From Naegleria gruberi (taxonomy: Eukaryota), in the NCBI GenBank assembly GCA_000004985.1, contig GG738848.1: a stretch of DNA of 64,000 nucleotides; one strand, given 5' to 3'. A model generated the notes under the pieces. The model was not told the DNA's origin, ran no database searches, and saw only the letters and a program-made list of their open reading frames with translations. The position numbers were made by a program, and so were the translations under genes. This document shows positions 35,503 through 47,002 of the stretch, piece after piece (position 1 is the stretch's first letter; each line of letters opens with the position of its first letter).

Positions 35503-37016
35503 CTAGAATTTAGTCTTTCCAACAATGGCATTGGCAACCATAGTATTAATACCACACTTATCCTTACCTCTAATGAGACGGAACTGTTTGTCAAGAAAAT
35601 TGTTAAATAATTGTTAATTATTAAAAAATTGAACAAGTAAACCTACATAACCCTTTTCACCCCAAGATTCTCCCCAACTGTTCTTAACAATCCAATAATT
35701 AGTCTTTTCTCCAAGCCAATTAGTGCTATTAAGGTTGTTATGATAAATAACATGACAATTTTAAAACTTACTGAGTACCAAAACCAACAAGCAAAACAGC
35801 ATGGTCAATATCTGGAGGACAATACTTTTGCATGTCAATATTTGAATTGAAATGAATAAACTTACCATTGGATCACTAATACCACTATGATAGAATTGCA
35901 ACCACATGGCATTAAGGCAAATGGAGAGTGGTCCATTCTTTACCAAGTATGCGGCAATATCGTCTTCATTTTGAGAGACATTTTCATAACCAGCAACCTT
36001 TGCAACAAGTTGATAGTTTTGAACTGAACAAGTACGATTGCAATATTCTCCACTAGGACAATAGGTCTTGTTAGTGTTACACGGGAAACAGTTTCCTAAT
36101 GGTGGAATGCAGTATGGGTAAGAAGATTCAGTAGCCAAACCTCCTCTCTTTTGGATATATTGCATGGCAATAAATGGAAAACCTCCAACTATTTCCTATT
36201 TAGCATTTGCATATTTACTAATACTTACAACATCCACAATTCAAATTATCACAATCAACAAGTTGTTGAGGAGAGAATTTAGTCAAATTGTGACCAGCCA
36301 AAAAGTATGCTATTACAATGTCAATATTTCCGAAAAAAAGAATACTGACCTCCTTCAATATTTTCGACAGTACTAGATAAATTAATGGGCCTTTAAATAA
36401 TATTCAAATAACAAATACAAACCTGAAAGCCCAACAACTTCCGCAACTATTTTACAATGTCAATATTTAAAATTCTAAAGTATGTTTAACCTTACCTAGC
36501 TTGATCTTTAACAGCAGTAACAGCACCATGTTCTCTCCAATCAAATGATTCAGGAAGAGCATCAATTTGATACTTTTCCTTTGGTGCAGTTGGAGTGTGG
36601 TTGATATCCTTTTGTTTTGTTGGTGGCAAGAGTTTGACACGAGCAAATTCATTTGGACTCATATCCATAAATTGAGTGATACCATATTGAGCAACTGGTT
36701 TACCTGCAATTTCGTTTGGTTTATGCATAATATTTAATTGATTAACTAAATTAATATTATCATAGAAAATCTTCCATCTACGATGATGTTCCTCTTCAGT
36801 GGCATATCTCTTCAAATACAACTTTTTAAAATGTTGGAAATAATTTAAAGCTTCCTTTTCATCATAGGCTCCACCATACATAACTTTCAATGGAATACCT
36901 GCTTGATATTCTTCATTATCAGTTTGATCAATAGGTGAGCGAGCGTCGATCCATGATGCAAAATACATCAAGATGACGAAAACAACAGCGAGGGAAAGGA
37001 ACAAGTTCTTGCTCAT
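35503..37016 (-). CDS. Papain-family (C1A, cathepsin L-like) cysteine protease precursor. About 8 exons with many 40-50-nt introns.
   Basis: Signal peptide [22 protein letters not shown] and I29 propeptide ([21 protein letters not shown]). The spliced mature region is ..[121 protein letters not shown]. Catalytic Cys, His and Asn are present. Stop TAG at about 35503. Confidence 0.8.
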
Positions 37017-37215
37017 TTTTTTCTTCGGTGAATTTGCTAATTGGTTACTTGAGCGATTTGGACAATGGATTGGTGGAATTTTTGAGTACATTTTGTAAAG
37101 AAAGCAGTGCATGCATTATTGAATTACTTGAGACAGAATCTCTTTCTTGTAATTGTTTGTCTGAACTATTGCAAATGATATTATCGCACAGATAAATAAA
37201 TTAAAATTAAAAAAA

Positions 37216-38097
37216 ATGTCAAAACAAACTCCAATAGTTTCATGGTCACAGAGGAAGGAATTTATCAATTTAAATGTAGAAATTACTGATGCAAAAAATG
37301 TTCAAGTTTCTTTCACTGATGAGGGTTTAGTACGAGTGAATGCAAGCAATTCCGATGATAAAGACTTTGAATTACAATTGGAATTATTTAATCAAATTAG
37401 AGCTGAGTTGTGTAAATATAAAGTGACTGGAAGAAAGATTGAATTGAGAATTGAAAAATTGGTTGATGATGTTGAATTTTGGCCAAGATTAACAAAGAGC
37501 AAGGAAAAGAATAGAAATATTACTATTGATTGGAGTAGATGGGTTGATGATGAGGATGAAATTGAAGATGAGGAAGAACAAGAGGATGATGAATCTAATT
37601 GGATGAATCAAAATCAATTCCTAAATAATAATAATCAATCACTTCCAGAAGAATATGATGAAGAAAATGAGGAAGATTACAACGAGGATGATGAAGAAAA
37701 TGAGGAGGAAGAAAAGATTCATGATGGTGAATATGTTTGGTATGAAAACTTGGAAACTAAAGATGCACTCTATCAACATTTCATTGACTCTTACAGATTG
37801 AGAGTTGAGGATGACTATTCACTTAGAGGCAAGCAAAGAGGTCTCTATGCTCAAGAAGATCCATTACAAGATTTCAAAAAGTATCTTGGTAAGGCAAAGG
37901 AAAGAAAAGTATTCCCAGAATGGTGGACTGATAATAATGAACAAGAAATGATTCACATGGCTCTCAACGATGAGTGGGCCAACATTAAGTATGCAGTAGA
38001 GAAACACGACATTCAAGACAAGTACAATGCCATCACTCCTCTCGAACTACGAGCTCTTGCTGAGCTTGTTTTGGATAAAAATTATAGAAACCTTTAA
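37216..38097 (+). CDS. p23/CS-domain Hsp90 co-chaperone with a long acidic C-terminal extension.
   Basis: The N-terminal CS domain is WSQRKEFINLNVEITDAKNV..FELQLELFNQI..YKVTGRKIELRIEK. The signature FWPRLTKSKEKNRNITIDWSRWVDDEDE is collinear with p23 SWPRLTKER..WLSVDFNNWKDWEDDSDE. Confidence 0.7.
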   Translation: MSKQTPIVSWSQRKEFINLNVEITDAKNVQVSFTDEGLVRVNASNSDDKDFELQLELFNQIRAELCKYKVTGRKIELRIEKLVDDVEFWPRLTKSKEKNRNITIDWSRWVDDEDEIEDEEEQEDDESNWMNQNQFLNNNNQSLPEEYDEENEEDYNEDDEENEEEEKIHDGEYVWYENLETKDALYQHFIDSYRLRVEDDYSLRGKQRGLYAQEDPLQDFKKYLGKAKERKVFPEWWTDNNEQEMIHMALNDEWANIKYAVEKHDIQDKYNAITPLELRALAELVLDKNYRNL

Positions 38098-38234
38098 GTG
38101 CTTTTTATTAAATCCACCAATAGTCATTTATTATTTAATACTTTCCAAAACAAATAATTCAAATTGATTACTTCAATTCCACGATAGAAATGAAAAACCA
38201 AATTGAAAATATTTTATAAAATTAGATTGAAAAA

Positions 38235-40413
38235 ATGTCTCAAACATCGCAAGCTGCTGCTACTGATGAATTGAATCCTCACATACAATTAGACAACCAA
38301 AACAAGGTGGTGGTGGAGGAGGAGACTTGTTTGGATCATCATCATGATGATGTGAATATTGAAGAATCTTTAGAATCAACTATTGAACATTACCATGATG
38401 AAATTGAGGAGAATGAGGTAGTAGCAGATAATGATGATCATCATCAACAACATTCGGACTTGAATCAACAAAAGAATAAGAATAGAAAAAACAAGCCAAA
38501 GAAGGTTTTTCCTGCTTCTCAATTCTTTATTGCCAATCAATCAAAGAGTAATGAAGAAGCTAATCTAGTCGAAACGAATGATGATCATGATGAAGAAGAA
38601 TATTTTCATTCCGAAGAACCAGAACTTGCCTATCACTATAAAGGACATAGTTTTATAGTTAACAAGACAGCATATAAGCCAAATAGTAATTCTGGCAATG
38701 GCAGTAGTAGTAGCAATACAAACAACAAGAATAACAAATCAAAGAAGCAACATCACCACAATCATAGTCATCATCACAAATACAATAATTACTATCAAAG
38801 ACCAAAGACAAAGGAGGAATTTGTGTTGGCCAAGTAGGTATTACTGAAAATTTCAAATTAATATATACTAACCAATTTGAAAGCTTTCATTTCGTTTTGA
38901 GACCCCTTTCTCAGAGTAATACCAATTTTATTAATCAACAATTTCATATCACTGAATATAACAATGGAAAATTTGATGCAGACACACTAGTTGATTGGGA
39001 TACCATTGAATTGGTTATTCAACAAACTCATGATGAAAATCAAGAATGTCCAATTTGTCTTGATACATTTAAGGCACCTAAAATGACAAAATGTGGCCAT
39101 GGTAAGTTTTTAACATGTTTGAATATTGAATATTAAATTTATGATTAGTTTTTTGTTATCCTTGCATTTTGAGACATGTTGCTTTAGGAGAAACAAACTA
39201 TAGAAAGTGTCCTCTCTGCAATGAAAGTGTTTATATAGATGCATTGAGAAGTGTAAGAGTTGAATACAGGAAGAAATATAAAGAAAATGACAAGATGAAT
39301 TTAGTTTTGCTTAAACGAGATAAGAAACTTATAATTCCAGACCTTGTTTCTGAGTTGAACACTACCAAGGAGGGTGTTCAATCAAAGGATTTACCTACTA
39401 TTTATCCAGTTGATGGTGATTCTGAAAGTGCCAAATTTTCCCGATTTAATGTTACCTATGATATTTCTCAAATATTAGAAAAGGAACTTGCTGATTTGGA
39501 CAATTCTCTTAAAACATCTGAAAGTGCTGCGGAATCTGAATTTATAGTATTGGCAAAGGATCAAGTTCTTCAAAGAAAAAAGGATTGGCTTGAATGGACA
39601 AAAACACATTTGGCAAAGGGAAAACCAACCCAACCAAAAAACAAATCCTCACAAAAACCTGAAGTATCTCAAGCCACAGAGAAGAAAGAAGTTGAGGATT
39701 ATTGGTATTATCAATCCTCTGATTGTCAAATGATATTCTTACATCCTCTCTGTTCAAAAATGTTAATTCACGAATTCCAAGATTACAGTAATTTTCCAAC
39801 CAATCTCAATGATTGTCCAATATTAGAAATTGAAACAGTTGAACTCAATGAGGAATTAAGAAGGAGATATCCTGTTCTTAAGCATGTTCCTTGTGGTTGT
39901 TACATTTCTCTGGTAGAAATTGATATGAGGAATATTGTATCAAAGGAGACGATTAATACATTTATAAAAGATATTAAGCATAGAAAATATAGAAGAGACG
40001 AAAAGGTGAGAATGAGAATAAGAGAAGAACAAGAGGAAAAGAAGAATGAGGAAAAGAGAAAGGAAGAAGAAAGACTTGCCAGGGAAAGATTAATTCAAGA
40101 GTTGCACATTTCTAACTTTCCAGAACTTATTTCCACTCCTCCACCTGTTAACAGTGATTTCCACTTCCCTACAACGTTGAAAACAGTAACACCTGTCCAA
40201 CAACAACAGCAACCTGAAAAGAAACAAAAGAAGCCAAACGATTGGTCAAAACGTAAGCAACAAATAGACATTACCCAATCAGTAGCAAGTTCTTCAGTAC
40301 AATTACAAGGAGATTGGGCTAAGAAAACTAACACAAATACTACAACAAAGAATGTATCAACCAGTTCTGGTAAAAAAGATGATTTTCCATCCATAAAGTC
40401 AAAGAAGAAGTAA
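38235..40413 (+). CDS. RING-finger protein, RNF10-like, in 3 exons: 38235..38837, ~38910..39108 and ~39155..40413.
   Basis: Exon 1 is low-complexity and His/Asn-rich. The RING is CPICLDTFKAPKMTKCGHG|FCYPCILRHVA..KCPLC and is split by a GTAAGT..GATTAG intron. The downstream block YWYYQSSDCQMIFLHPLCSKMLIHEF is typical of the RNF10 family. The C-terminus is Lys/Glu-rich. Confidence 0.65.
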
Positions 40414-40467
40414 TTTTTACAATAAACTTAGTATTAGTTTTATTCTTAGGTATTTTACATGTACAGG

Positions 40468-43400
40468 TTATGCATTTTTAGCAAGATATTTTTCAATTTT
40501 TTCTTTAAACATATCATCAATGTAAGTATTTTGAATGTTAATTACTCGAATGGTATTATTCGATTTGGCAAAATCAATCAAAGCTAAAGCTGCACCAATT
40601 GAAATCAAATTTCCACTCAAATCAAGCTCAACAATTGTTGGATGAGGCTTGAGAATTGAGACTAGGGTTTCAATAGCTGGATTTCTGAACCCTTGTTTTG
40701 GCAAACTCAATTTGTGGAATTCAACATTTAAAAGAGTTTCCAAGAAAGGCTCTAATCCCTTATCACCTAAATAATTGTCTGATAAATTAACTTCTCCATC
40801 GGTGACGATAGTATTTGTGCCAAATTGAGCTCTAAGACGAGTGTTTGGTCTAAGAGATCTCTTTTCACAGTTTTCAACATACACATCCTCAAGAGTTCTT
40901 TCCTTAACAGGTTCTTCTTCCTTAGTTTCTTCCACCACATATTCAGCTTGAGCTTCTTCGACATGTGTTTCTTCTGGTTGTTTGTGTTTTTCTGGTGCGT
41001 CAACACTTGTTTCCTCATGAGGTTCTTGTTTTTCCTCTGGTTGTTGGTGTTTTTCTTGCTTGTCTTCTTGTGTTTCTTCTTTTTGAGATGATTTCACGTG
41101 TGTTTCTTCTGAGAGTTTGGTATCAACAAAAGTTTCTTGGTGTGTTTCTTCCTGTGTTTCTTCATGATGGTTTGTTTCATCTTGTGTTGTGTATGAATCT
41201 TCAATTGTTTTAGTTTCTTCAGCAAATCTCACATGATGTTCCTCTTCAGTGGAAGATTCTTCTGAAGGTTGTTCTTCAAAGGTTTCAAAATCTTCTTCAA
41301 ACGAGTCAAACTCATCTTCCTTTTGAAGTTCAGCTTGTTCTTCTTCATGAGTTGTCTCCTTTTGTTCTTTTTGGTTATCTGCTGTCTCAATCTCTTCTGC
41401 TTGTACCTCCTCTTGTTGGTCAACCTCAAAAGGCAAACTTTCTTCATGGAATGGTTCTTGAACTGTTTGTTCTCTTGGAGATTCTTCTCCAGGAAAATGA
41501 TCCATATCTGTTTCTTGTTGATGACTTGTATCTTCTTTTTCTTCAGCTTCTTCTGATTGTTCTTTCATTTCCTTTTCCACTTGATCAACAAACTCGTTTG
41601 ATTCTTGTTTAATTTCTGTTGATTCCTCATTTGCAAACTCTTCGAATTGTTCCTCGAATTGATCTTCGAAGTGATCTTCGAATTGTTCCTCATGTTGATC
41701 TTGAGTTTCCTCTTGAGTTGGTTCATGGTCTTCTTGAGTTTCTTCTTGAGTTTCCTCATATTTCTCTTCGAAAAATTGATCTGTTTCATTGAACTCTTCC
41801 GTATTTTGCTCGAATTCATCAGTAGTTTCATTGAATTGATTTTCCTCAAAGTTTTCTTCATGACTTTCAATATTTTCAAAATTCTCATGTGTTTGTTCTT
41901 GGTTTTCAAGGCTCTCGAAGGTTTCTTCTTCAGTATTTTCTAGGGCAACTTCGTTATTTTCTGAGAATTCTTGTTCAACATGTTGTTTGCTGTTTTCAAA
42001 TTCATCCTCTTTAGTGACTTCCTCAGAAGATACTTCCTTAATGGACTCTTCATGTGCTGTTTGGTGAACCTCAAAGTCCTCTTCTTCTGAAACATGTACC
42101 TCTTCTGATTGTTCTTCATGTGATTCTTCCAATTCCTCTTGCTTACTTTCCACATATTCAACTGTTTCTTCAACTTGTTTAATCTCGCTTTCCTGATTGC
42201 TTTCTTGATGTCCAATATGTTCTTCGGTGCATTTAATTTCATCATTTTGTTCTTTGTGACTGTGTTCCTCAATAATTTGCTCCTCTTGTTCCTCAACCTT
42301 TTTGACCTCATCAACACTTTCGTGCTTAACTTGATGATGATCTTCAACCCTATCATGGTGTTCTTCATTCTTGATATCTTCCCTATGTTCTTCAGTTGTC
42401 TCAATGTTTTCATGATTCTCTTCGGTATGTTTATGCTCTTCAACAGATGCTTCCTCAATAGCTTGAGGTTTCTCTGTATTGGCAACTTCAAAAGGTAAGC
42501 TTTCCTCTTGAGGTGGTTCTGTAACTGGTTCCATTTTTGGTTCTTCTTCTTTGACAATTTCTTGTGCATGGATTTCTACTATTTCTTCAGTTTGCTCTTC
42601 GGAGGATTTGTTAATAATCTCAGTCTCTTGATATGCAATATTTTCTTGCTTATCATCGTGATTATGCTTTTCCTTCTTCTCTTCATTATCATGCTTTTCC
42701 TTCTTCTCTTCGTGATCATGTTTCTCAACCTTTTCTTCTTTCTTATCGTCTTTCTTCTCTTCAGGATCATGTTTTTTCTTCTCTTCCTTTTCTTCCTCAA
42801 CTTTCTCATCGTGTTTAAGCTCGTTTTTCTTCTCTTCATGATCATGCTTTTCCTTTTTCTCTTCACGATCATGAATCTCAACCTTTTCTTCCTTAACTTC
42901 CTCATGGTTATGTTTATCCTTCTCTTCATGAACATGTTTCTCAACATTTTCTTCCTTAACTTCCTTCTCATGGTTATGTTTATCCTTCTTTTCTTCATGA
43001 TCATGTTTCTCAACATTTTCTTTCTTATCCTCGTCGTGATTATGTATATCCTTCTTTTCTTCATGATCATTCTTTTCCTTCTCTTCGTGGTCATGTTTCT
43101 CAACATTTTCTTCCTTAACTTCCTTAACCTCCTCGTGGTTATGCTTATCCTTCTTTTCTTCATTTTCTGATTTTTTCTCATGACCTATTTCAAATGGCAA
43201 ACCTTCTTCTTGGAGTGGTTCTTGAATCGTTTGTTCTCTTGGGGATTCCACGTCTGCAAAATGATCCATATCTTCAATGTCTCTATGGCTTTTAGTTTCA
43301 GTATCTTCTTGTTCATGTGTTTCATGATCATCTAAGGTTTGATATTGCTCATGGTCGTGGCTTTCAGGAAGGGTAGAGCTGGTTTCATCATGATCCTCCT

Positions 43401-46308
43401 CAGTACACTCTTGTTCAGAGTGCACATCATGGAGATGAATAATAGATGTGTTGATTTCTTCCACATATTCGTTATGTTGGTCCGAATGTACTTCTTGCTT
43501 GATTTCTTCAATATGTTCACCGTGTTCCTCAACCTTTGTTTCCTCATGATTATACTGTTCATCTTGATGATCTGATGGTTCATGATGTTGAGTGGAATCG
43601 TGAGATTCCTGCTCTTCCATTTTTTCTACATGCTCGTCTTGCGCGCCAAATTGTTCATCTGTTTGCTCTACAGTATTAAGGGTGGACTCTTCAACATTCA
43701 CTTCCTCTTCATGTTGTATTTCTTCAGATTTAGGTTCTTCTACTTGTTGGACAGGTTCCTCTTCAAGTGGTTCGGCTGGTTCTTCCTCAGATGGAGATTC
43801 TTCTTGAACTGTGTCCTCATGAGTTGCTTCTATGGCTTGCTCTTCCAGTGGTGTCTCTTCAATAGGTTGCGATTCTTCTTGAATCAGATCTTGTGATTCT
43901 TGAACCTCTTCCTCTGGAGAAACAGGTTCCTCTTGTTCAATTTCTTCTTGTTGAGCTTCTTCGAAAAGTTGCTCTTCTTGAGTCTCTCCGGCTGAATTTT
44001 CTTGGACTGGTTCTTCCTCTTGTGTTTCTTCTTGAACAGTAGATTCCTCAATTGGTGCTTCTTGAACTGTTGCTTCTGGTGTTTCCTCAATTGGTTGATC
44101 ATCTTCAGTTTCTTGAGGAATTTCTTCAGTCTGTTCTTGAGCAGGTTGCTCTTCTTGAACATATTCCTCAATGTCAGCAGGTTGTGCTTCTTGAGCAACT
44201 TCCTCTTGAGAAACAGGTTCTTCCTGTTGAAGTTCTTCTTGTTTATCCTCAACTTCATGAGCAGTTGCTTCTAATGGTTGTTCTTCGTGTACTGGTTCCT
44301 CATCTACAACTTGCTCTATTGCAGGTTCTTCTGGTTGAACTTCTTCTTGTAGTGGCTCTTCATGCTCCTGGGTAGTTTCTTCTTGAGTTGTTACTTCTTC
44401 TGGTTGAGTTTCTACAATCTCCTCAGCTGGTTGAACTTCTTCTTGTAGTGGCTCTTCAGGAGAAGCTTCTTCTGGTTGAGGTTCTTCAATTCTTTCCTCC
44501 TGGGTTTCTTCCACTGGTGGTTCTTCTACTGGCCCAACTTGCTCTGGTTCTTGGGTCTCATCAACAGCTGATAGCTCTTCTTGGTGAGTTTCCACTTCTT
44601 GATCTGTAGATTCGTCAACCTCCTGCACTGGAACAGTTTCTGGGGAGGGGTCTTCATTGAGTTTCTCTTCCTCAGCTTGTTCCCCAACAGGTTGAGCTTC
44701 TTGAACCTCTTCCTCTGGTTGAATTTCTTCTTGCTCTTCTTGAACATGATCTTGGGAAGATTCTTCCTGGGTTGGTTCTTCAACTGGTTGTGATTCTTCT
44801 TGAATCAGATCTTGTGATTCTTGTTGGACCTCTTCCTCTTTAGAAACAGGTTCCTCTTGTTGAAGTTCTTCTTGTTTATCCTCAACTTCATGAGCAGTTG
44901 CTTCTAATGGTTGTTCTTCGTGTACTGGTTCCTCATCAACAACTTGCTCTATTGCAGGTTCTTCTGGTTGAGCTTCTTCAGCAGGAGATTCTTCTTGAAC
45001 TGTCTCTTGAGTTGGCTCGACAGGAAGGTCTTCTTGTGTCTCCAATGGTGCATCTTCAACAGGTTGAGCTTCTTCCTGGGTTGGTTCTTCAACTGGTTGT
45101 GATTCTTCTTGAATCAGATCTTGGGAATATTCTTCCTGGGCTACTGGTTGTTCTTCTTGAGCTACTTCCTCTTGTTCAATTTCTTCTTGTTGAGCTTCTT
45201 CTTCGAAACGTTGCTCTTCTTGAGTCTCTTCAGCCGAATGTTCTTGGATTGCTTCTTCCTCTTGTGTTTCTTCTTGAATAGTAGATTCCTCAATTGGCTC
45301 TTCTTGAACTGTTTCTTCAGGTGATTCTTGGATTGGTTCTTCTTGAGGAACTTCTTCTGTGGATTGAAGTATTTCTTGAGTTTCTTCTGCTTGAGGTTGC
45401 TCTTCTTCAGAAGGAGAAGAATTCACTTCTTGAGGAATTTCTTCAGTCTGTTCTTGAGGAGAATTCACTTCTGTTGCCTCAACAGGTAGGGTTTCCTCTT
45501 CCACTTGTTCTTGAGCTGGAGATTCTTCTGTTTGAGGTTGCTCTTCCAACGGAGCTTCCTCTTCAATAGGCTTATCCTCTTCTTGTGAAGGTTCTTCCTG
45601 AAGTTGTTCGTCCTTAGCTTCAGGCTGGTTTTCCTCGTTCAATTGATCAACCTGGGTTTGTTCTGCTGTTTCCTCTGCAACAGTTTGATTTTCCTCCTGA
45701 AATTCATTTAATTCAGTTTCCCCAGTTGGTGCTGATTCTTGTGGCTTCTCTTCCTCTACTGGTTGATTTTCTTGAGGTGATTCTTCTTGGATTGGTTCTT
45801 CTTGAGGTACTTCTTCTGTTTCTTCGGCCGTAGAAGTATTCACTTCTGTTACTGCTTCGGAAACTTCGGCAGCATCTGAGACAGGTTGTTCCTCTGTTTT
45901 TTCGTCCACTTTGGAATCCTCTTCCTTTGTTGGTTCTGAAATTTCTTCAGTAGTATTATTCTCGATTTGTTCCTTTTTTTCCTCTACAGGATGTTCCTCA
46001 GTATTTTCATTATTTACAGAATTTGATGGTTCCTTATGCTCTTTTTCATCAGAATTGAGGTTAGAAGCCGATACATTTTTTGAACCTTGTTGTTTTTGCT
46101 GATACTCATCCTTGACTGTATTTGCTAGAGCATCTCTGAAAGAAGCATTATCGATAAGAACAGGCGTAAGCTCGACACTTGTAGGAAGACTTTCCACTAC
46201 AGGTTCTGTAATTTCATCTTCATTAAAGTCATCTGTTGTATTTCCGATTAGATTATTATCGTTATGAACCTCAGTGCTCATTCTTTTTGTTTTTTCAATG
46301 TTATACAC
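40468..46308 (-). CDS. Giant acidic low-complexity repeat protein of 1946 aa with a C-terminal RI-type leucine-rich-repeat cap.
   Basis: Single uninterrupted ORF. About 1750 aa are Glu/Gln/Pro/Val-rich imperfect repeats (EEPxQEE..., duplicated 40-mers EEPAIEQVVDEEPVHEEQPLEATAHEVEDKQEELQQEEPVS). There is a His/Lys/Glu block of decapeptide repeats (KHDHEEKKDKHNHEE...). The C-terminal 150 aa are LRR (NLSDNYLGDKGLEPFLETLLNVEFHKLSLPKQGF..ELDLSGNLISIGAALALIDFAKSNNTIRVINIQNTYI). Confidence 0.6.
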   Translation of the reverse strand: MYNIEKTKRMSTEVHNDNNLIGNTTDDFNEDEITEPVVESLPTSVELTPVLIDNASFRDALANTVKDEYQQKQQGSKNVSASNLNSDEKEHKEPSNSVNNENTEEHPVEEKKEQIENNTTEEISEPTKEEDSKVDEKTEEQPVSDAAEVSEAVTEVNTSTAEETEEVPQEEPIQEESPQENQPVEEEKPQESAPTGETELNEFQEENQTVAEETAEQTQVDQLNEENQPEAKDEQLQEEPSQEEDKPIEEEAPLEEQPQTEESPAQEQVEEETLPVEATEVNSPQEQTEEIPQEVNSSPSEEEQPQAEETQEILQSTEEVPQEEPIQESPEETVQEEPIEESTIQEETQEEEAIQEHSAEETQEEQRFEEEAQQEEIEQEEVAQEEQPVAQEEYSQDLIQEESQPVEEPTQEEAQPVEDAPLETQEDLPVEPTQETVQEESPAEEAQPEEPAIEQVVDEEPVHEEQPLEATAHEVEDKQEELQQEEPVSKEEEVQQESQDLIQEESQPVEEPTQEESSQDHVQEEQEEIQPEEEVQEAQPVGEQAEEEKLNEDPSPETVPVQEVDESTDQEVETHQEELSAVDETQEPEQVGPVEEPPVEETQEERIEEPQPEEASPEEPLQEEVQPAEEIVETQPEEVTTQEETTQEHEEPLQEEVQPEEPAIEQVVDEEPVHEEQPLEATAHEVEDKQEELQQEEPVSQEEVAQEAQPADIEEYVQEEQPAQEQTEEIPQETEDDQPIEETPEATVQEAPIEESTVQEETQEEEPVQENSAGETQEEQLFEEAQQEEIEQEEPVSPEEEVQESQDLIQEESQPIEETPLEEQAIEATHEDTVQEESPSEEEPAEPLEEEPVQQVEEPKSEEIQHEEEVNVEESTLNTVEQTDEQFGAQDEHVEKMEEQESHDSTQHHEPSDHQDEQYNHEETKVEEHGEHIEEIKQEVHSDQHNEYVEEINTSIIHLHDVHSEQECTEEDHDETSSTLPESHDHEQYQTLDDHETHEQEDTETKSHRDIEDMDHFADVESPREQTIQEPLQEEGLPFEIGHEKKSENEEKKDKHNHEEVKEVKEENVEKHDHEEKEKNDHEEKKDIHNHDEDKKENVEKHDHEEKKDKHNHEKEVKEENVEKHVHEEKDKHNHEEVKEEKVEIHDREEKKEKHDHEEKKNELKHDEKVEEEKEEKKKHDPEEKKDDKKEEKVEKHDHEEKKEKHDNEEKKEKHNHDDKQENIAYQETEIINKSSEEQTEEIVEIHAQEIVKEEEPKMEPVTEPPQEESLPFEVANTEKPQAIEEASVEEHKHTEENHENIETTEEHREDIKNEEHHDRVEDHHQVKHESVDEVKKVEEQEEQIIEEHSHKEQNDEIKCTEEHIGHQESNQESEIKQVEETVEYVESKQEELEESHEEQSEEVHVSEEEDFEVHQTAHEESIKEVSSEEVTKEDEFENSKQHVEQEFSENNEVALENTEEETFESLENQEQTHENFENIESHEENFEENQFNETTDEFEQNTEEFNETDQFFEEKYEETQEETQEDHEPTQEETQDQHEEQFEDHFEDQFEEQFEEFANEESTEIKQESNEFVDQVEKEMKEQSEEAEEKEDTSHQQETDMDHFPGEESPREQTVQEPFHEESLPFEVDQQEEVQAEEIETADNQKEQKETTHEEEQAELQKEDEFDSFEEDFETFEEQPSEESSTEEEHHVRFAEETKTIEDSYTTQDETNHHEETQEETHQETFVDTKLSEETHVKSSQKEETQEDKQEKHQQPEEKQEPHEETSVDAPEKHKQPEETHVEEAQAEYVVEETKEEEPVKERTLEDVYVENCEKRSLRPNTRLRAQFGTNTIVTDGEVNLSDNYLGDKGLEPFLETLLNVEFHKLSLPKQGFRNPAIETLVSILKPHPTIVELDLSGNLISIGAALALIDFAKSNNTIRVINIQNTYIDDMFKEKIEKYLAKNA
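42650..43170. repeat. Intragenic tandem array of about 30-33-nt units (..atcatgcttttccttcttctcttc..). These encode the KHDHEEKK(E/D)KHNHEE repeats of the giant protein.
   Basis: Visible as periodic near-identical strings in the sequence. An antisense ORF (42579..43181) of RKK/MRK repeats mirrors it. Confidence 0.7.
43860..45400. repeat. Intragenic segmental repeats inside the giant gene. A near-identical copy pair of about 120 nt lies at about 44225..44345 and 44867..44987. A roughly 40-nt motif (ggttgtgattcttcttgaatcagatcttg..) recurs at about 43861, 44781 and 45081.
   Basis: Direct comparison of the sequence lines (cttcttgtttatcctcaacttcatgagcagttgcttctaatggttgttcttcgtgtactggttcctcatc.acaacttgctctattgcaggttcttctggttga). 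This matches the duplicated 40-aa peptide blocks. Confidence 0.7.
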
Positions 46309-47002
46309 CTAGTTTATGTAATAAATAATTGTTTAAGTCCTTATTATTTAAAAAAATTAATGACCAACAATGTGTTGAGGGTTGTTGGGATTTTTTTTGT
46401 TCTGTCTCTTGCCCTTAAAATGCTCTTGCTAAGACTACAATGCAGCCAATATGACACATGCACAACCCGCCAATAAAAACTACAAAAAATCCTCTTTTAC
46501 GCCTGTACCTAACCAAGTACAAGGAGGTTCTTTGCAAAGATTTAAACTCACACCCAACGCTTTGACGATAATTGATGTGTTTGTGCCTCTCTACGAGTTG
46601 GGCGGGAAAGTAATAAAAAGAAAATGGGCATATAAAATACCAATTCTGTAAATTCTGTATCGATCACAGAAGAGATCCATTAGTATGATCTTCATCATTC
46701 TCTATTGTGAATAATTCTAAAGTTCAACTGAGATTTTAAACCTTGGAAAGAAATCAACACCAAACAAGTGTCTTCTCATTGTTACCAACTTGGAGAGCTC
46801 ATTATATCCAAACAGAACTCACAACAAATTGTAGGAATTTGTCTCATTTTGATGATCAGTTTCGTCTGCCTAATTTTATTAGACAAGTAAGATTTGAATT
46901 TGTATTTAAAGATTTAACAGGTCTTAATCTGGAATATTTCTGAATTACCATTAGGTAGCTATTCCAATGAAAACAAGATAAAGTTATGTAGACTATTATT
47001 AT

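Noticed and set aside
42508-43181. Long ORFs on the plus strand inside the giant gene (for example the Leu/Phe-rich 220-aa ORF at 42508-43170), and many other 60-120-aa ORFs antisense to real genes.
   Set aside because: These are antisense shadows of low-complexity, repeat-encoded coding sequence with no start context or domain content. The same applies to small ORFs inside the PI3K, cyclase and kinase genes.
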